Notes under the pieces: generated by a model
What the model saw: the letters and a program-made list of their open reading frames with translations, nothing else
Told to the model about the DNA's origin: nothing
The model's database searches: none
In this document: positions 7,901 through 17,143 of the stretch, one piece after another
Layout: the number at the start of each line of letters is the position of its first letter
Position numbering within the stretch: the stretch's first letter is position 1
Program-made: the position numbers and the translations under genes
UHGV virus genome: UHGV-1527372
Source: a virus
Direction: 5' to 3' (one strand)
DNA: 19,963 nt

Positions 7901-8801
7901 CCGATCCCCCGATAGTTATCTGGTACTCGGTGCAGTTCGACGCCTGCGACTTACTCAGCACAATGTCGGCCTGCGGTGATGCCAGCTCGACACGCTGTAC
8001 CCCCTCAACATGCAGCGCCGCGTAAATGGCTGACAGTCGAATATCACGCCCGAGACGGTGCTGCGCACTGATGTAGCTCTTCAGCTTCTGCTCTGATGCC
8101 TGCCTGATGGGCTCAGACTCCGGGCCGGGGTAAACGTAGAGCGTTGCGTCAATCTGGTAGGGCACAATCTCGGCTGACTGGACGGTAACCCGGTCAGCCA
8201 CCGGGCGCACATCTTCGGCGTTCAGCGCTTTATCAACAATCGCCAGTAGTTCAGGGCTGGCAGTGCCGTCACCCTCGCGCGATAGCACGGTAATCGTCAC
8301 GCAGGCTGGCGACGGACTTGCGACCGAGACGTCAGCGACCCGCCCGTCGGCGCTGCGACCGTGATACTCATATGCGCCGACCGGACCCGCCACGCTCAAC
8401 CCCTCAAACGCCTGTTGCGTGCGCAGTCGCAGGTCAGTATCAGATTCCATAACGGCAGGTGTCGGCGGGATGGTGGTGTCATCCGCCGGGGTGATGGTCA
8501 GGCGTTCGGTATTGTTGTTCCCTGCCACGACGTCGAGGTCGTTACCGGCGGAGTAGGCCAGCGTCACTGCCTGCGCTGCTTCGTTCACCCGCTGACGCCA
8601 GATAACTTCACGGTAGGCGTTTTCCTGCAGCAGCTTAACAATCGGCTCTGACTCAAGTGTGAGCGTCCGGGCAATGGCCTCCTGTTGGTCTTCGGGATAG
8701 AGCGAAATCAGCGTCGCAATGCGTTCCGCAAGGATAGTTTCATAGTCCAGTTCCTCAACCACATCGGGAACGGGTAACTGACTCAGGTCAACGGTTGCCA
8801 T
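7893..8801 (-). CDS. J: Baseplate assembly protein J
   Basis: 302 aa, synteny W-J-I, ATG start 10 nt after the W-frame TAA. Confidence 0.9.
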   Translation of the reverse strand: MATVDLSQLPVPDVVEELDYETILAERIATLISLYPEDQQEAIARTLTLESEPIVKLLQENAYREVIWRQRVNEAAQAVTLAYSAGNDLDVVAGNNNTERLTITPADDTTIPPTPAVMESDTDLRLRTQQAFEGLSVAGPVGAYEYHGRSADGRVADVSVASPSPACVTITVLSREGDGTASPELLAIVDKALNAEDVRPVADRVTVQSAEIVPYQIDATLYVYPGPESEPIRQASEQKLKSYISAQHRLGRDIRLSAIYAALHVEGVQRVELASPQADIVLSKSQASNCTEYQITIGGSDE

Positions 8802-8807
8802 AGTGAT

Positions 8808-9370
8808 TTAACTCAGTGAAACAGTGGTTGAAACTGACGCACCGGTATCGGTACGCATCCCGGTAATATCGACATACATTTCGCCAGCGTCGCCGGTCTC
8901 AAAGTTGATGGCGGTAAGCCTGATGCGCGGCTCCCACTTCTGGATACCAGCGGTACGGTTGCAGTGATGGACTCCGATGCCGTCACGTCGGCAGTTTTGA
9001 TACCGCTGACCGTCAGCGCGCCGGTCTCGGGCTCGTACTCAATGACCGCACCATCAGGGAAAGCCACATGCCACGCATCCGCCGAGGCAGACGGGGCGGG
9101 GTTATCGTCGGAGAAAATACCCGGCAGCACGAAAGCGGTATCAAGCTCGCCACCGATTGCCAGCAGCAGAACCTGCTCACCGACCGAGGGAGCCCACCAC
9201 GTCCGCGAACGACCGGCGCGGGTGGTCAGCCAGTTCAGCCATGTAGTCTGGATCCCGCCGCTTTGTACGCGGCACAGCCCCTGCACGGTATCAACCTCAG
9301 TCACCACACCTGAGCGGATGAGGTTGCGAATCGCACGTGCGAGCTCCTGTATCGTGGATAACGTATTCAT
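8808..9370 (-). pseudogene. V/W: Deletion-fusion remnant: N-terminal ~142 codons of baseplate spike V fused out of frame to the last ~45 codons of baseplate protein W
   Basis: ORF begins MNTLSTIQELARAIRN...GIKTADVTASESITATVPLV (V-like) then runs into ~40 junk codons. A different frame encodes IQKWEPRIRLTAINFETGDAGEMYVDITGMRTDTGASVSTTVSLS* (gp25/W-like C-terminus) ending at TAA 8808-8810 just before J. Only ~570 nt lie between the V start and the J start, where V plus W would need about 1 kb. Confidence 0.65.
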
Positions 9371-9438
9371 AGTGCAAGGATGCCTCTGGTCTGGAGTCGC
9401 GCCAATTCGCGCGGCTCCGGTGGTGGTTCACACAATAT

Positions 9439-9888
9439 TTATTTACCGAGATGCCTGATAATGACGTCTTCAATCATCTGCTCATCGTCGCGGGTGAAAC
9501 CGAGTAACGGGCGCGCCTCGTACTGCACATCCCGGCTGTTGCGGTTTGGTCTGTCTTTGAGCCCGTACTGATGCACCCGCGCCATGCGCTGCACCTTGCC
9601 GGTAAACTCCACCACCGCCGCACTGTCGCTGCCTTTGGCTTTCATAAAGCGACTGGTGCGCAGTTTGGCGAACATTTCACGTTTAATCCGACCTTTCTTG
9701 TTCCTCACCGGCTGGCGCTTTCGTGCCGCATACGGGGTGCCGTCTGGTGCCTGCTGGCGCTTGATACGCTGTTGCTGACTGGTACGCAGCTTTTTCGCAA
9801 TCTCAGCCGCCATTTGCCTACGCGTCGCCGATGACAGGCTGGCAATCAGACCGGCAAGGCGTTCCTGCAGTGCGGTTAACTCACTCAT
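9439..9888 (-). CDS. S: Tail completion protein S
   Basis: 149 aa, start overlaps R stop (ATGAGTGA), synteny R-S-V. Confidence 0.85.
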   Translation of the reverse strand: MSELTALQERLAGLIASLSSATRRQMAAEIAKKLRTSQQQRIKRQQAPDGTPYAARKRQPVRNKKGRIKREMFAKLRTSRFMKAKGSDSAAVVEFTGKVQRMARVHQYGLKDRPNRNSRDVQYEARPLLGFTRDDEQMIEDVIIRHLGK

Positions 9889-10357
9889 CCCACTTACTCA
9901 CCAGTTCGCCGTTAACGTACAGCTCGACCGGGCGCGTCACCGGCTCAGGCAGCGGCGGCTCAGGGGCATAGCTGACATGCAGCGCGCCGTCGACCTCTTT
10001 GACGAGCGTGCGCTCGGTGAGCCTCAGGCTGATACTGATATCGAGCGAATCGTCGTTATTGATATCAATAATCCAGGTGAATCCTTTTTCCCGCCCGTCG
10101 TCGGTGGTCATAATGTCCGGCTGATGTTCACGCAGCCACGCCTGCACCGGCACGAATATCAAATCAAGGTCACCGGTGAAGTCGGTCACCAACACGTTAA
10201 GCACGTACACCTTTTCAAACGACAGCGAGCTCGCCAGTCTGGAATCGGTATGGCCGTTGTCGGCAAAAAGGCGCAGCATATCGGGGTTGTTTCGGAGCTG
10301 CGGCACGGCGTTAATCAGCGCTTTGCGCAGGCTTTTGTGCTTCTGCATCGAGTTCAT
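9881..10357 (-). CDS. R: Tail completion protein R
   Basis: 158 aa with FEKVYVLNVLVTDFTGDLDLIFVP and NGELVSKWDE matching P2 gpR as recalled; true start may be the internal Met at codon 4. Confidence 0.85.
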   Translation of the reverse strand: MNSMQKHKSLRKALINAVPQLRNNPDMLRLFADNGHTDSRLASSLSFEKVYVLNVLVTDFTGDLDLIFVPVQAWLREHQPDIMTTDDGREKGFTWIIDINNDDSLDISISLRLTERTLVKEVDGALHVSYAPEPPLPEPVTRPVELYVNGELVSKWDE

Positions 10358-10601
10358 CCTGACAGTGTTTGACGGTTTTGACCTGTAGCGCGCAGGCGAT
10401 CAGCGCGCCCTCAAGGCGGCGGATATCTGCGCTCAGGTCACCATTGGTTTTCGGGTCACTTCCCGGCATCGGGCAAAGGCTCACTCTCGGGCATCCGTTG
10501 ACCACAATCACCGGCGCTGGCGCAGGCGGTGCGGATGTGCAACCGACGCACAACATCAGGTAAAGCAGCGTTATACCAGCGGCGAAAGGCTTCATTTTCA
10601 T
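10311..10601 (-). CDS. lysC: LysC (Rz1-like o-spanin lipoprotein), nested out of frame in the 3' end of lysB
   Basis: 96 aa with signal peptide, Cys-containing lipobox-like LCVGC and a Pro-rich mature part (SAPPAPAPVIVV); overlaps lysB in a different frame as in P2. Confidence 0.7.
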   Translation of the reverse strand: MKMKPFAAGITLLYLMLCVGCTSAPPAPAPVIVVNGCPRVSLCPMPGSDPKTNGDLSADIRRLEGALIACALQVKTVKHCQDELDAEAQKPAQSAD

Positions 10602-10869
10602 TAAGTAACCTCGTTATTGATTGCTCGCGGCGGCTGGCTTCCTCGCTGGCCTTTGCGAGCTGTTCACGCAGTGCCACCTGGGCAGATTCATTACGTCTGG
10701 CAAGCTGACCGGCAACACTGAGCTGATTTTTCAGCATGCCAATCGTCGTCTTTTGTTCGCTCGCGACGCGGTTTGCTGTCTCAAAGGAGCGGGATAAATT
10801 GCCGTTCTCATGGCGCAACCACAACATCCCGAGCACAGTCAGCACCAGAAGTGTAATCAGGATTTTCAT
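10456..10869 (-). CDS. lysB: LysB (Rz-like i-spanin)
   Basis: Starts MKILITLLVLTVLGMLWL (N-terminal TM) followed by a coiled-coil periplasmic domain; its ATG overlaps the K stop (ATGA). Confidence 0.8.
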   Translation of the reverse strand: MKILITLLVLTVLGMLWLRHENGNLSRSFETANRVASEQKTTIGMLKNQLSVAGQLARRNESAQVALREQLAKASEEASRREQSITRLLNENEAFRRWYNAALPDVVRRLHIRTACASAGDCGQRMPESEPLPDAGK

Positions 10870-11363
10870 TCCATTACCCCGCCAGCGGTGCGCCATACGG
10901 TGACCAGTTTATCGAGGCTGTGCTCACGTTGGCCGTAACCGGCACCCGGTAACGACGCCCAGATATTGCGGCACCGTGAAATTGCCCGCTCAATACGCCC
11001 CGCCTTAATATCCTCAATGGCACCGCGTTCGCGGATTAACTGAATCGCAAGTTTGTCCTGCGACAACGGGCTGAAATCAGACAATGCGAGTTGTTTCTGA
11101 TAATGCGGCCAGTAGAGATAAAGCTGCTGGTAACGCCCTGATGCCGTGGATTTTTCGCCGCGTCGATTAAACACTTTCGCTGGTCTGCCATGTGCGAAAG
11201 GGTGGTCGGTGTAGTCGGTGAAAATTTCCGGTTTGCCATCAAGGCCAGTGACAATGACGTCGTAACCACGATTTTTCGTCAGCGGATGCGTCGCCGTCCC
11301 TTCGGAATAGGCCAGCATGTCCAGAAATGCGGCGATATTCTGGTGAGTATTAATGACCGGCAT
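10866..11363 (-). CDS. K: Endolysin K (phage lysozyme)
   Basis: MPVINTHQNIAAFLDMLAYSEGTATHPLTKNRGYDVIVTGLDGKPEIFTDY... is near-identical to P2 K as recalled; start taken at the internal ATG at 11363. Confidence 0.9.
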   Translation of the reverse strand: MPVINTHQNIAAFLDMLAYSEGTATHPLTKNRGYDVIVTGLDGKPEIFTDYTDHPFAHGRPAKVFNRRGEKSTASGRYQQLYLYWPHYQKQLALSDFSPLSQDKLAIQLIRERGAIEDIKAGRIERAISRCRNIWASLPGAGYGQREHSLDKLVTVWRTAGGVME

Positions 11364-11646
11364 CGCTATCCCCCTGTTGTGACTTAAAGCGGCGCTGAAT
11401 GGCAATTTCTACCACCTGATAACCTGCAATGCCGAGCATGGATCCAATCCCACAAACGGCAGGCAGTGACATATCTGGAAACTGCACCAGAACAACACCG
11501 GCGACCATTGAAACAAAACCGCCGAGCAGCATGCGGCCGATAAACAGGCGCGGGGTAATGGGCTCACCACCCGCCAGCACTTTTCCGACAACAATCATCA
11601 CGCCAATCACAAACAGTGACAGGACGCCTTTTTCCCCTTCTGTCAT
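11350..11646 (-). CDS. Y: Holin Y
   Basis: 98 aa with hydrophobic TM segments, GGGAG RBS, position between X and K. Confidence 0.85.
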   Translation of the reverse strand: MTEGEKGVLSLFVIGVMIVVGKVLAGGEPITPRLFIGRMLLGGFVSMVAGVVLVQFPDMSLPAVCGIGSMLGIAGYQVVEIAIQRRFKSQQGDSDAGH

Positions 11647-11649
11647 GGT

Positions 11650-11853
11650 TTACTCCCAAAGGTTGATAGTTTCTGTTACGGGTGACGATGCCACGTCGGG
11701 CAGGTCAATCGCCGTGCCATGCGGCAGAATGACGCCCAGCTCAGACAGACCGGGATTAGCCTGCAGCACCGTCTCGACCACGCCCTCAGTGCGCCCGTAA
11801 TACCGGGCGCAAAGCGCGTCGAGGGTGTCGCCCTGCATCGCGTAGACTTTCAT
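11650..11853 (-). CDS. X: Tail protein X (LysM-like)
   Basis: MKVYAMQGDTLDALCARYYGRTEGVVETVLQANPGLSELGVILPHGTAIDLPDV... matches P2 X as recalled; start at internal ATG 11853, overlapping the L stop. Confidence 0.85.
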   Translation of the reverse strand: MKVYAMQGDTLDALCARYYGRTEGVVETVLQANPGLSELGVILPHGTAIDLPDVASSPVTETINLWE

Positions 11854-12362
11854 CAGAGCTGACCCACGATGCAGCGCGGCTTGTCCTGCAGACGCGAGAC
11901 CGACCAGCGCATATCCCGCCACAGGTCATCAATGGTGGTTTCGACGCTGTCGGCTTTTTTGTCACCCTTGCCCGTGGCCTCAACCCCGCGATAACGCTCA
12001 TACAGGGTGGCGGTCGCCATCGCCGTCACGGCGCTGAGGTAGTGGAAAACGCGCACATTCTCGCCGTCGATTTCCTCGGCGTCAGGCACGTCGGCCAGTG
12101 TCTTAAACCCTGCGGCAATCTGGCGCAGCCGGTAGTCGTAAAGCTCCGCATTGGTTTCCGCCATGCCGGTCTTGATGGCGTTGCGCAGGCGCGCATCGGA
12201 AACCGTCTGCTCAAGGCGCATCAGTTCGCGCACCCGCTTCGGATCCACATCAGGGAAAAAGAACGTGTTTTTAATCACTGCGTCGCCCGTCTCCGGTGCG
12301 GGAATCACCACGCCCGGTACGTCCTGCGGTTCGTCGGGCTGATTCAGTATTACTGTCGTCAT
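11853..12362 (-). CDS. L: Head completion/stabilisation protein L
   Basis: 169 aa, GAGG RBS, synteny M-L-X. Confidence 0.85.
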   Translation of the reverse strand: MTTVILNQPDEPQDVPGVVIPAPETGDAVIKNTFFFPDVDPKRVRELMRLEQTVSDARLRNAIKTGMAETNAELYDYRLRQIAAGFKTLADVPDAEEIDGENVRVFHYLSAVTAMATATLYERYRGVEATGKGDKKADSVETTIDDLWRDMRWSVSRLQDKPRCIVGQL

Positions 12363-12455
12363 GACAACCTCATTAGGTTGGGCGGTGGACGCCGGTCGCC
12401 GTCAGGGTCAAAACCCGCTTTGACCGGCGTGCCGCCCGGCTCGGGGAGCGTTCAG

Positions 12456-13205
12456 TTAACCGGCGGTTTTTACCGCCTTTGGTGGACGCCCGCGCTTTGC
12501 CGCCGGTTTGTTGGCAGGTTTGCGCGTGCGCGGTTTAGTCGTTTTACGGGGCGCGGCCTCTGGCTTTGGCTTCAATGCCCGTTCCAGTCGCTCAATCTCC
12601 TTGCGCACACCGGCATTGCGGTCGAGCTGCATCGCGCGCTGAAACTGCGCCAGCGCCTCTGCATTCATACCGGCATCACGCAGGGTCAGGCCTGTCACCT
12701 TATGCAGACGGGCGCGCACCATATCGGGAACGTCAGCGCCGTCGGTCAGGTCGATAGTGGTCTGCAGCCAGGAACGGTCGACAGACTCACCGGCATCGCG
12801 CAGGCGCTGCGTAGCAAGCGCCACTTCCTCAACCAGCATGTAAGGTGTTGTGCGGCGGTGGTCAGAGGTGAGGCCGTATTTCAGCGCGTACGGGGCAATT
12901 TCCAGCGCGCCAGCGATATCACCGGCATCGAGACGCCACAGCATGACGGTCATGACAATGTCATCCTGCGCACCACGGCCATCAGCCAGCACACCGGCGA
13001 CCCACGGCGCATAGAACGGCAGCAGCTCGCGCTTTTTCTCGGCTTTACGTTCGTTTGAACGGATGTTTTTTAACGTGCGGCGGTCATCGGCCAGCTTAAC
13101 CAGCATCTGCTCATAGGCGGTTGCATGGCGCAGCGGGGCTTGCTCCCGCTGCGCGGCTTGAGAGGCCGAGACCCGCATCATGTGACGCTGTGCGGGGCTC
13201 GTCAT
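12456..13205 (-). CDS. M: Terminase small (endonuclease) subunit M
   Basis: 249 aa, basic C-terminal tail, ATG 4 nt after the N stop. Confidence 0.85.
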   Translation of the reverse strand: MTSPAQRHMMRVSASQAAQREQAPLRHATAYEQMLVKLADDRRTLKNIRSNERKAEKKRELLPFYAPWVAGVLADGRGAQDDIVMTVMLWRLDAGDIAGALEIAPYALKYGLTSDHRRTTPYMLVEEVALATQRLRDAGESVDRSWLQTTIDLTDGADVPDMVRARLHKVTGLTLRDAGMNAEALAQFQRAMQLDRNAGVRKEIERLERALKPKPEAAPRKTTKPRTRKPANKPAAKRGRPPKAVKTAG

Positions 13206-13208
13206 GGT

Positions 13209-14276
13209 TTAGGCTCCGCTTTCCGGTGCTGCAGGTGCGGTGAAATCGCCCAGGGTGATGTTTTCCAGCAGGCACCCGGCGGCATACGCCTCGACCACAT
13301 AGTCGATGTTCATCGACTCGTAGTTTTCAACGCGGTCTTTTTTCGGGTTTTCATCAATGCTGCGGCGGTGGCTCTCATCCATGAAATAGATAGAGAGGTT
13401 TTCCAGCGTGGTCACTAACACGGCATTCGCCGGGAAGTACGGCACACGCACAGCAGGCAGGTTGCCGATTCGCTTCTGACTGATGATGATATCTGCCGCA
13501 AGCGCCTCGCTGTTTTCCTGCGGCTTGTTCACCAGCGGGAAATATTTGTCGGCCAGCAGCTTACGGCCAACGATGGCAACGAGTTTCGGGTCATCCTGAT
13601 AAACCTCGTCAATCAGGTTGTTGGTGGCGTCCATCACCAGCGCGTCGAGGTTCTCATAGTCGCCGTTTCGACCTACACGAATCACTGCTGAAACGACCTT
13701 ACCGTCAGCGTCGGTGATGTTGCTCATCACGCGCGTCGGGGCTTCATTGCGGTATTTCTGCAGCCAGCCGACGGCCACATCCTGCAGCATCGGATTTTTG
13801 GTGCGGTCAGAGGTGGCGGCGCGGGTGGTACCGTTAAAACCGGCCATGATGAAATCCAGTGCCTGACGTTTGACAATGGCGTCGCGGATGCGGCGCTGGA
13901 AGTCCTGAAAACGCGCCCACAGGTCGAGGGTTTTATATTTCAGATGGAAGTCAAAATTAATTTGGTCGCACTCGTACTTGTTGGACTCAAGCGCGGTGAA
14001 GTCGGCGGTCTTACGCTCATCATCGCCCGAGGTGTCGGTCGTGCTGGCGATAGTACCGGTCACACCGACGCCGATTTTCTCACCCTTCATTTCTGCGACC
14101 GGCAGAATATTAATCGTCTGCAGAAACGCGGATGACTCCTGCACTTTGTTCATCAGTGTTTGCGTGACGGACGGCTCGACGGTGAATTTTTTACTGACGT
14201 CATCAGTGCTGATGCCGTTCAGCTCAGCGACGCGGGTCAGATAGGCATTGAACTTAAAACGGGTATCCGGGCGCAT
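13209..14276 (-). CDS. N: Major capsid protein N
   Basis: 355 aa, AGGAAA RBS, synteny O-N-M. Confidence 0.9.
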   Translation of the reverse strand: MRPDTRFKFNAYLTRVAELNGISTDDVSKKFTVEPSVTQTLMNKVQESSAFLQTINILPVAEMKGEKIGVGVTGTIASTTDTSGDDERKTADFTALESNKYECDQINFDFHLKYKTLDLWARFQDFQRRIRDAIVKRQALDFIMAGFNGTTRAATSDRTKNPMLQDVAVGWLQKYRNEAPTRVMSNITDADGKVVSAVIRVGRNGDYENLDALVMDATNNLIDEVYQDDPKLVAIVGRKLLADKYFPLVNKPQENSEALAADIIISQKRIGNLPAVRVPYFPANAVLVTTLENLSIYFMDESHRRSIDENPKKDRVENYESMNIDYVVEAYAAGCLLENITLGDFTAPAAPESGA

Positions 14277-14352
14277 AGTATTTCCTGTTTGAATTTATCG
14301 GTTAGTCACTGCATCGGGCGGGGATGCCGCCCGGTTTCTGGTCTGCGGTTTA

Positions 14353-15207
14353 TCAGCAGTCGGTCAGCAGCTCATCGCCACCACCGCCGCTGGCTTTCGT
14401 GCGTCGCGGCTGGCTGAAACTTTCGGTTTTGTCGAGGGTGGTTTTCAGGTCGGAAAATGCCTGGCTGGTTTCTTCAACCTTGCCGGTCAGTTCCTGTTTG
14501 AAAGTGGCAAACGCGGTTTCCATAGCGGAAAGGCGCTCGTCCTGTTTTGTCAGGTTGGTTTGCACATGTTCGCTGACGGTGGTCACCGCTTCATGCACAT
14601 CATTCAGGCGCGCATCGTCGCTGACCTGCTTACGGCTGAAAATGGCTTTCACCTTATCGGCCAGGCTGTTGAGCACCGTGTCGGGAACGTCTTCAAACTC
14701 CAGCTCGGCCAGAGTGGCAGCGGAAAAGACGTTTTCAGGGTTGGCCTTAAAGCGCTGCAGTGGGTTGTGCTTCGCGTTGCGGCAGAATTCGAGGTATTCA
14801 GTGCCGAGGCTCGCCGGGTCATCGGTGACAGCAAGGCCGACGAGGTAGCATTTGCCGGTATTGGCAAAATTCGGCTGAATTTCCATTGAGGTGTAGACCT
14901 TCTGCAATTTTTTATTCATCGCAATCAGGTCGTCGGTTGGGGTGATTCTGGCGAACAACGCCCATTTGCCGTTAAGCGCAGAATCGTCGTCAATTATTTC
15001 AGCTTTCAGTTCAACCACATCGCCTAAGCGTTTGAAGTCGCCATCAGGAAAGAGACCGCGAATATGCTCAAGGTTAATGCGGCAACCGTAGACGCGAGGG
15101 TCAAACGATTCGGCCATTTCCTGAATATCGTTGCCGCTGATAATGCGGCCGTCGCAGGTGTCACCCTCGACGCCGATGCGAAAGAATTTTGAGACTTTTT
15201 TTGCCAT
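14353..15207 (-). CDS. O: Capsid scaffolding protein O
   Basis: 284 aa starting MAKKVSKFFRIGVEGDTCDGR; first gene of the rightward late operon, divergent from P. Confidence 0.9.
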   Translation of the reverse strand: MAKKVSKFFRIGVEGDTCDGRIISGNDIQEMAESFDPRVYGCRINLEHIRGLFPDGDFKRLGDVVELKAEIIDDDSALNGKWALFARITPTDDLIAMNKKLQKVYTSMEIQPNFANTGKCYLVGLAVTDDPASLGTEYLEFCRNAKHNPLQRFKANPENVFSAATLAELEFEDVPDTVLNSLADKVKAIFSRKQVSDDARLNDVHEAVTTVSEHVQTNLTKQDERLSAMETAFATFKQELTGKVEETSQAFSDLKTTLDKTESFSQPRRTKASGGGGDELLTDC

Positions 15208-15372
15208 TGTCAGGAGTCCTGAGGTTGAGGTTACTGGTCACCGCCAGTTTCCAGACTCAGGACACGCCAGACCACCAATGACGACTGGACAACCGCCCAC
15301 ACAACAGCACCTTAGCGAATCACTGACGGCCATTAAGTAGCCTTGCCCTGAATCCACTACGGCGAGGCATCA
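15208..15372. promoter_or_regulatory. Divergent late-promoter region between O and P (expected Ogr-dependent promoters)
   Basis: 165-bp intergenic region between divergently transcribed O and P, with an 8-bp inverted repeat GTCCTGAG...CTCAGGAC. No perfect TGT-N12-ACA Ogr box found, so the assignment rests on position only. Confidence 0.4.
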
Positions 15373-17142
15373 ATGACCATTTCCACAGATACAACCTTGT
15401 TGCATGACCCGCGACGGCAGGCATCGCTGCTTTACTGGCAGGGTTTTTCCGTGCCACAGATTGCCGAAATGCTGCAGGTCAAGCGCCCGACCGTGCAGAG
15501 CTGGAAGCAGCGCGACGGCTGGGACGGCATCGCGCCGATTTCCCGCGTTGAAAGCAGCCTTGAGGCCAGGCTGATTCAGCTCATCGCCAAGCCGCAAAAG
15601 ACAGGGGGTGATTTCAAAGAGATTGACCTGCTCGGACGGCAGATTGAACGGTTGGCGCGAGTCAACCGCTACAGCCAGACCGGCAACGAAGCCGACCTTA
15701 ACCCCAACGTCGCCAACCGCAACAAAGGGGAGCGCAAAAAGCCGAAAAAGAATTTTTTCAGCGACGAGGCTATCGATAAACTAGAGGAATTATTTTTCGA
15801 CCAGTCTTTCGAGTACCAGTTGCAGTGGTACCGCGCAGGACTGGAGCACCGTATTCGTGACATTCTCAAATCCCGCCAGATTGGCGCGACATTCTATTTC
15901 TCCCGCGAGTCACTGCTGCGCGCACTCAAAACTGGCCATAACCAGATATTTTTATCAGCCAGTAAAACGCAGGCTTACGTGTTCCGCGAATACATCATCC
16001 AGTTTGCGCGACTGGTCGACGTTGACCTGACTGGCGATCCGATTGTCATCGGTAACAACGGCGCAAAACTGATTTTTCTCGGTACCAATTCCAACACCGC
16101 GCAGAGCCATAACGGCGATCTGTATGTCGATGAAATATTCTGGATCCCGAATTTTCAGAAACTGCGCAAAGTCGCCTCGGGCATGGCCTCGCAAAAGCAC
16201 CTGCGCTCGACCTATTTTTCGACACCTTCCACGCTGGCGCACGGCGCTTACCCCTTCTGGTCTGGCGAGCTGTTCAACAAGGGGCGCAGCCGGATTGCCG
16301 ACCGCATCGAAATCGACATCAGTCACAGCGCGCTCGCCGGTGGCCAGCTCTGCGACGATGGCCAGTGGCGGCAGATTGTCACCATTGAGGACGCCCTTGC
16401 CGGTGGCTGCACCCTGTTCGACCTCGACCAGCTCAAACGCGAAAACAGTGATGAGGACTTTAAGAACCTGTTTATGTGCGAGTTTGTCGACGATAAAGCG
16501 TCGGTATTCCCGTTCGAGGAGCTGCAGCGCTGCATGGTCGATGTGATAGAGGAATGGGAGGACTTTGCCCCGTTCGCCGACCATCCGTTCGGCTCTCGTC
16601 CTGTCTGGATTGGCTACGACCCGTCACACACCGGCGACAGTGCCGGGTGCGTCGTGCTCGCGCCGCCGGTGGTCTCTGGTGGCAAGTTCCGCATGCTGGA
16701 GCGCCACCAGTGGAAGGGCATGGATTTTGCAGCACAGGCAGAGGGCATCCGCAAGCTGACCGAGAAATACAACGTCGAATACATCGGCATTGACGCAACC
16801 GGCCTCGGTCTCGGCGTGTTCCAGCTGGTGCGCTCATTTTACCCGGCGGCACGCGGCATCCGTTACACACCTGAAATGAAAACCGCAATGGTACTCAAGG
16901 CGAAAGACACCATTCGCCGTGGCTGTCTGGAGTACGACGCCGGAGCAACCGACGTCACGCAGTCGTTTATGTCCATCCGCAAAACCATGACCAGCAGCGG
17001 GCGCAGCGCCACCTATGAGGCCAGCCGCACCGAGGAAGCCAGCCACGCCGATATCGCATGGGCGACCATGCACGCCCTGTTAAACGAACCGCTTTCTGCC
17101 GGTAGCGGCATGCAGCCTAAATCTATTCTGGAGTTCAACTAA
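15373..17142 (+). CDS. P: Terminase large (ATPase) subunit P
   Basis: 589 aa, typical P2 gpP length and position, followed 1 nt later by Q. Confidence 0.9.
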   Translation: MTISTDTTLLHDPRRQASLLYWQGFSVPQIAEMLQVKRPTVQSWKQRDGWDGIAPISRVESSLEARLIQLIAKPQKTGGDFKEIDLLGRQIERLARVNRYSQTGNEADLNPNVANRNKGERKKPKKNFFSDEAIDKLEELFFDQSFEYQLQWYRAGLEHRIRDILKSRQIGATFYFSRESLLRALKTGHNQIFLSASKTQAYVFREYIIQFARLVDVDLTGDPIVIGNNGAKLIFLGTNSNTAQSHNGDLYVDEIFWIPNFQKLRKVASGMASQKHLRSTYFSTPSTLAHGAYPFWSGELFNKGRSRIADRIEIDISHSALAGGQLCDDGQWRQIVTIEDALAGGCTLFDLDQLKRENSDEDFKNLFMCEFVDDKASVFPFEELQRCMVDVIEEWEDFAPFADHPFGSRPVWIGYDPSHTGDSAGCVVLAPPVVSGGKFRMLERHQWKGMDFAAQAEGIRKLTEKYNVEYIGIDATGLGLGVFQLVRSFYPAARGIRYTPEMKTAMVLKAKDTIRRGCLEYDAGATDVTQSFMSIRKTMTSSGRSATYEASRTEEASHADIAWATMHALLNEPLSAGSGMQPKSILEFN

Positions 17143-17143
17143 A

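Noticed and set aside
5430-8960. Shared ACGGTT hexamer at both deletion junctions as a site-specific recombination signal
   Set aside because: A 6-mer is expected by chance several times in 20 kb; recorded in the findings as an observation but not claimed as a motif.
12042-13058. 338-aa plus-strand ORF
   Set aside because: Antisense to L and M, which have clear identities, coupled starts and RBSs; long spurious antisense ORFs are expected in GC-rich DNA.
14277-14352. GC-rich hairpin between O and N (GGGCGG-CATCC-CCGCCC)
   Set aside because: No following U-tract and O and N are co-transcribed in P2-like phages; probably an mRNA structure rather than a terminator.
15955-16584. 209-aa minus-strand ORF
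   Set aside because: Lies entirely inside the terminase large subunit gene P on the opposite strand; no RBS; compositional artefact.
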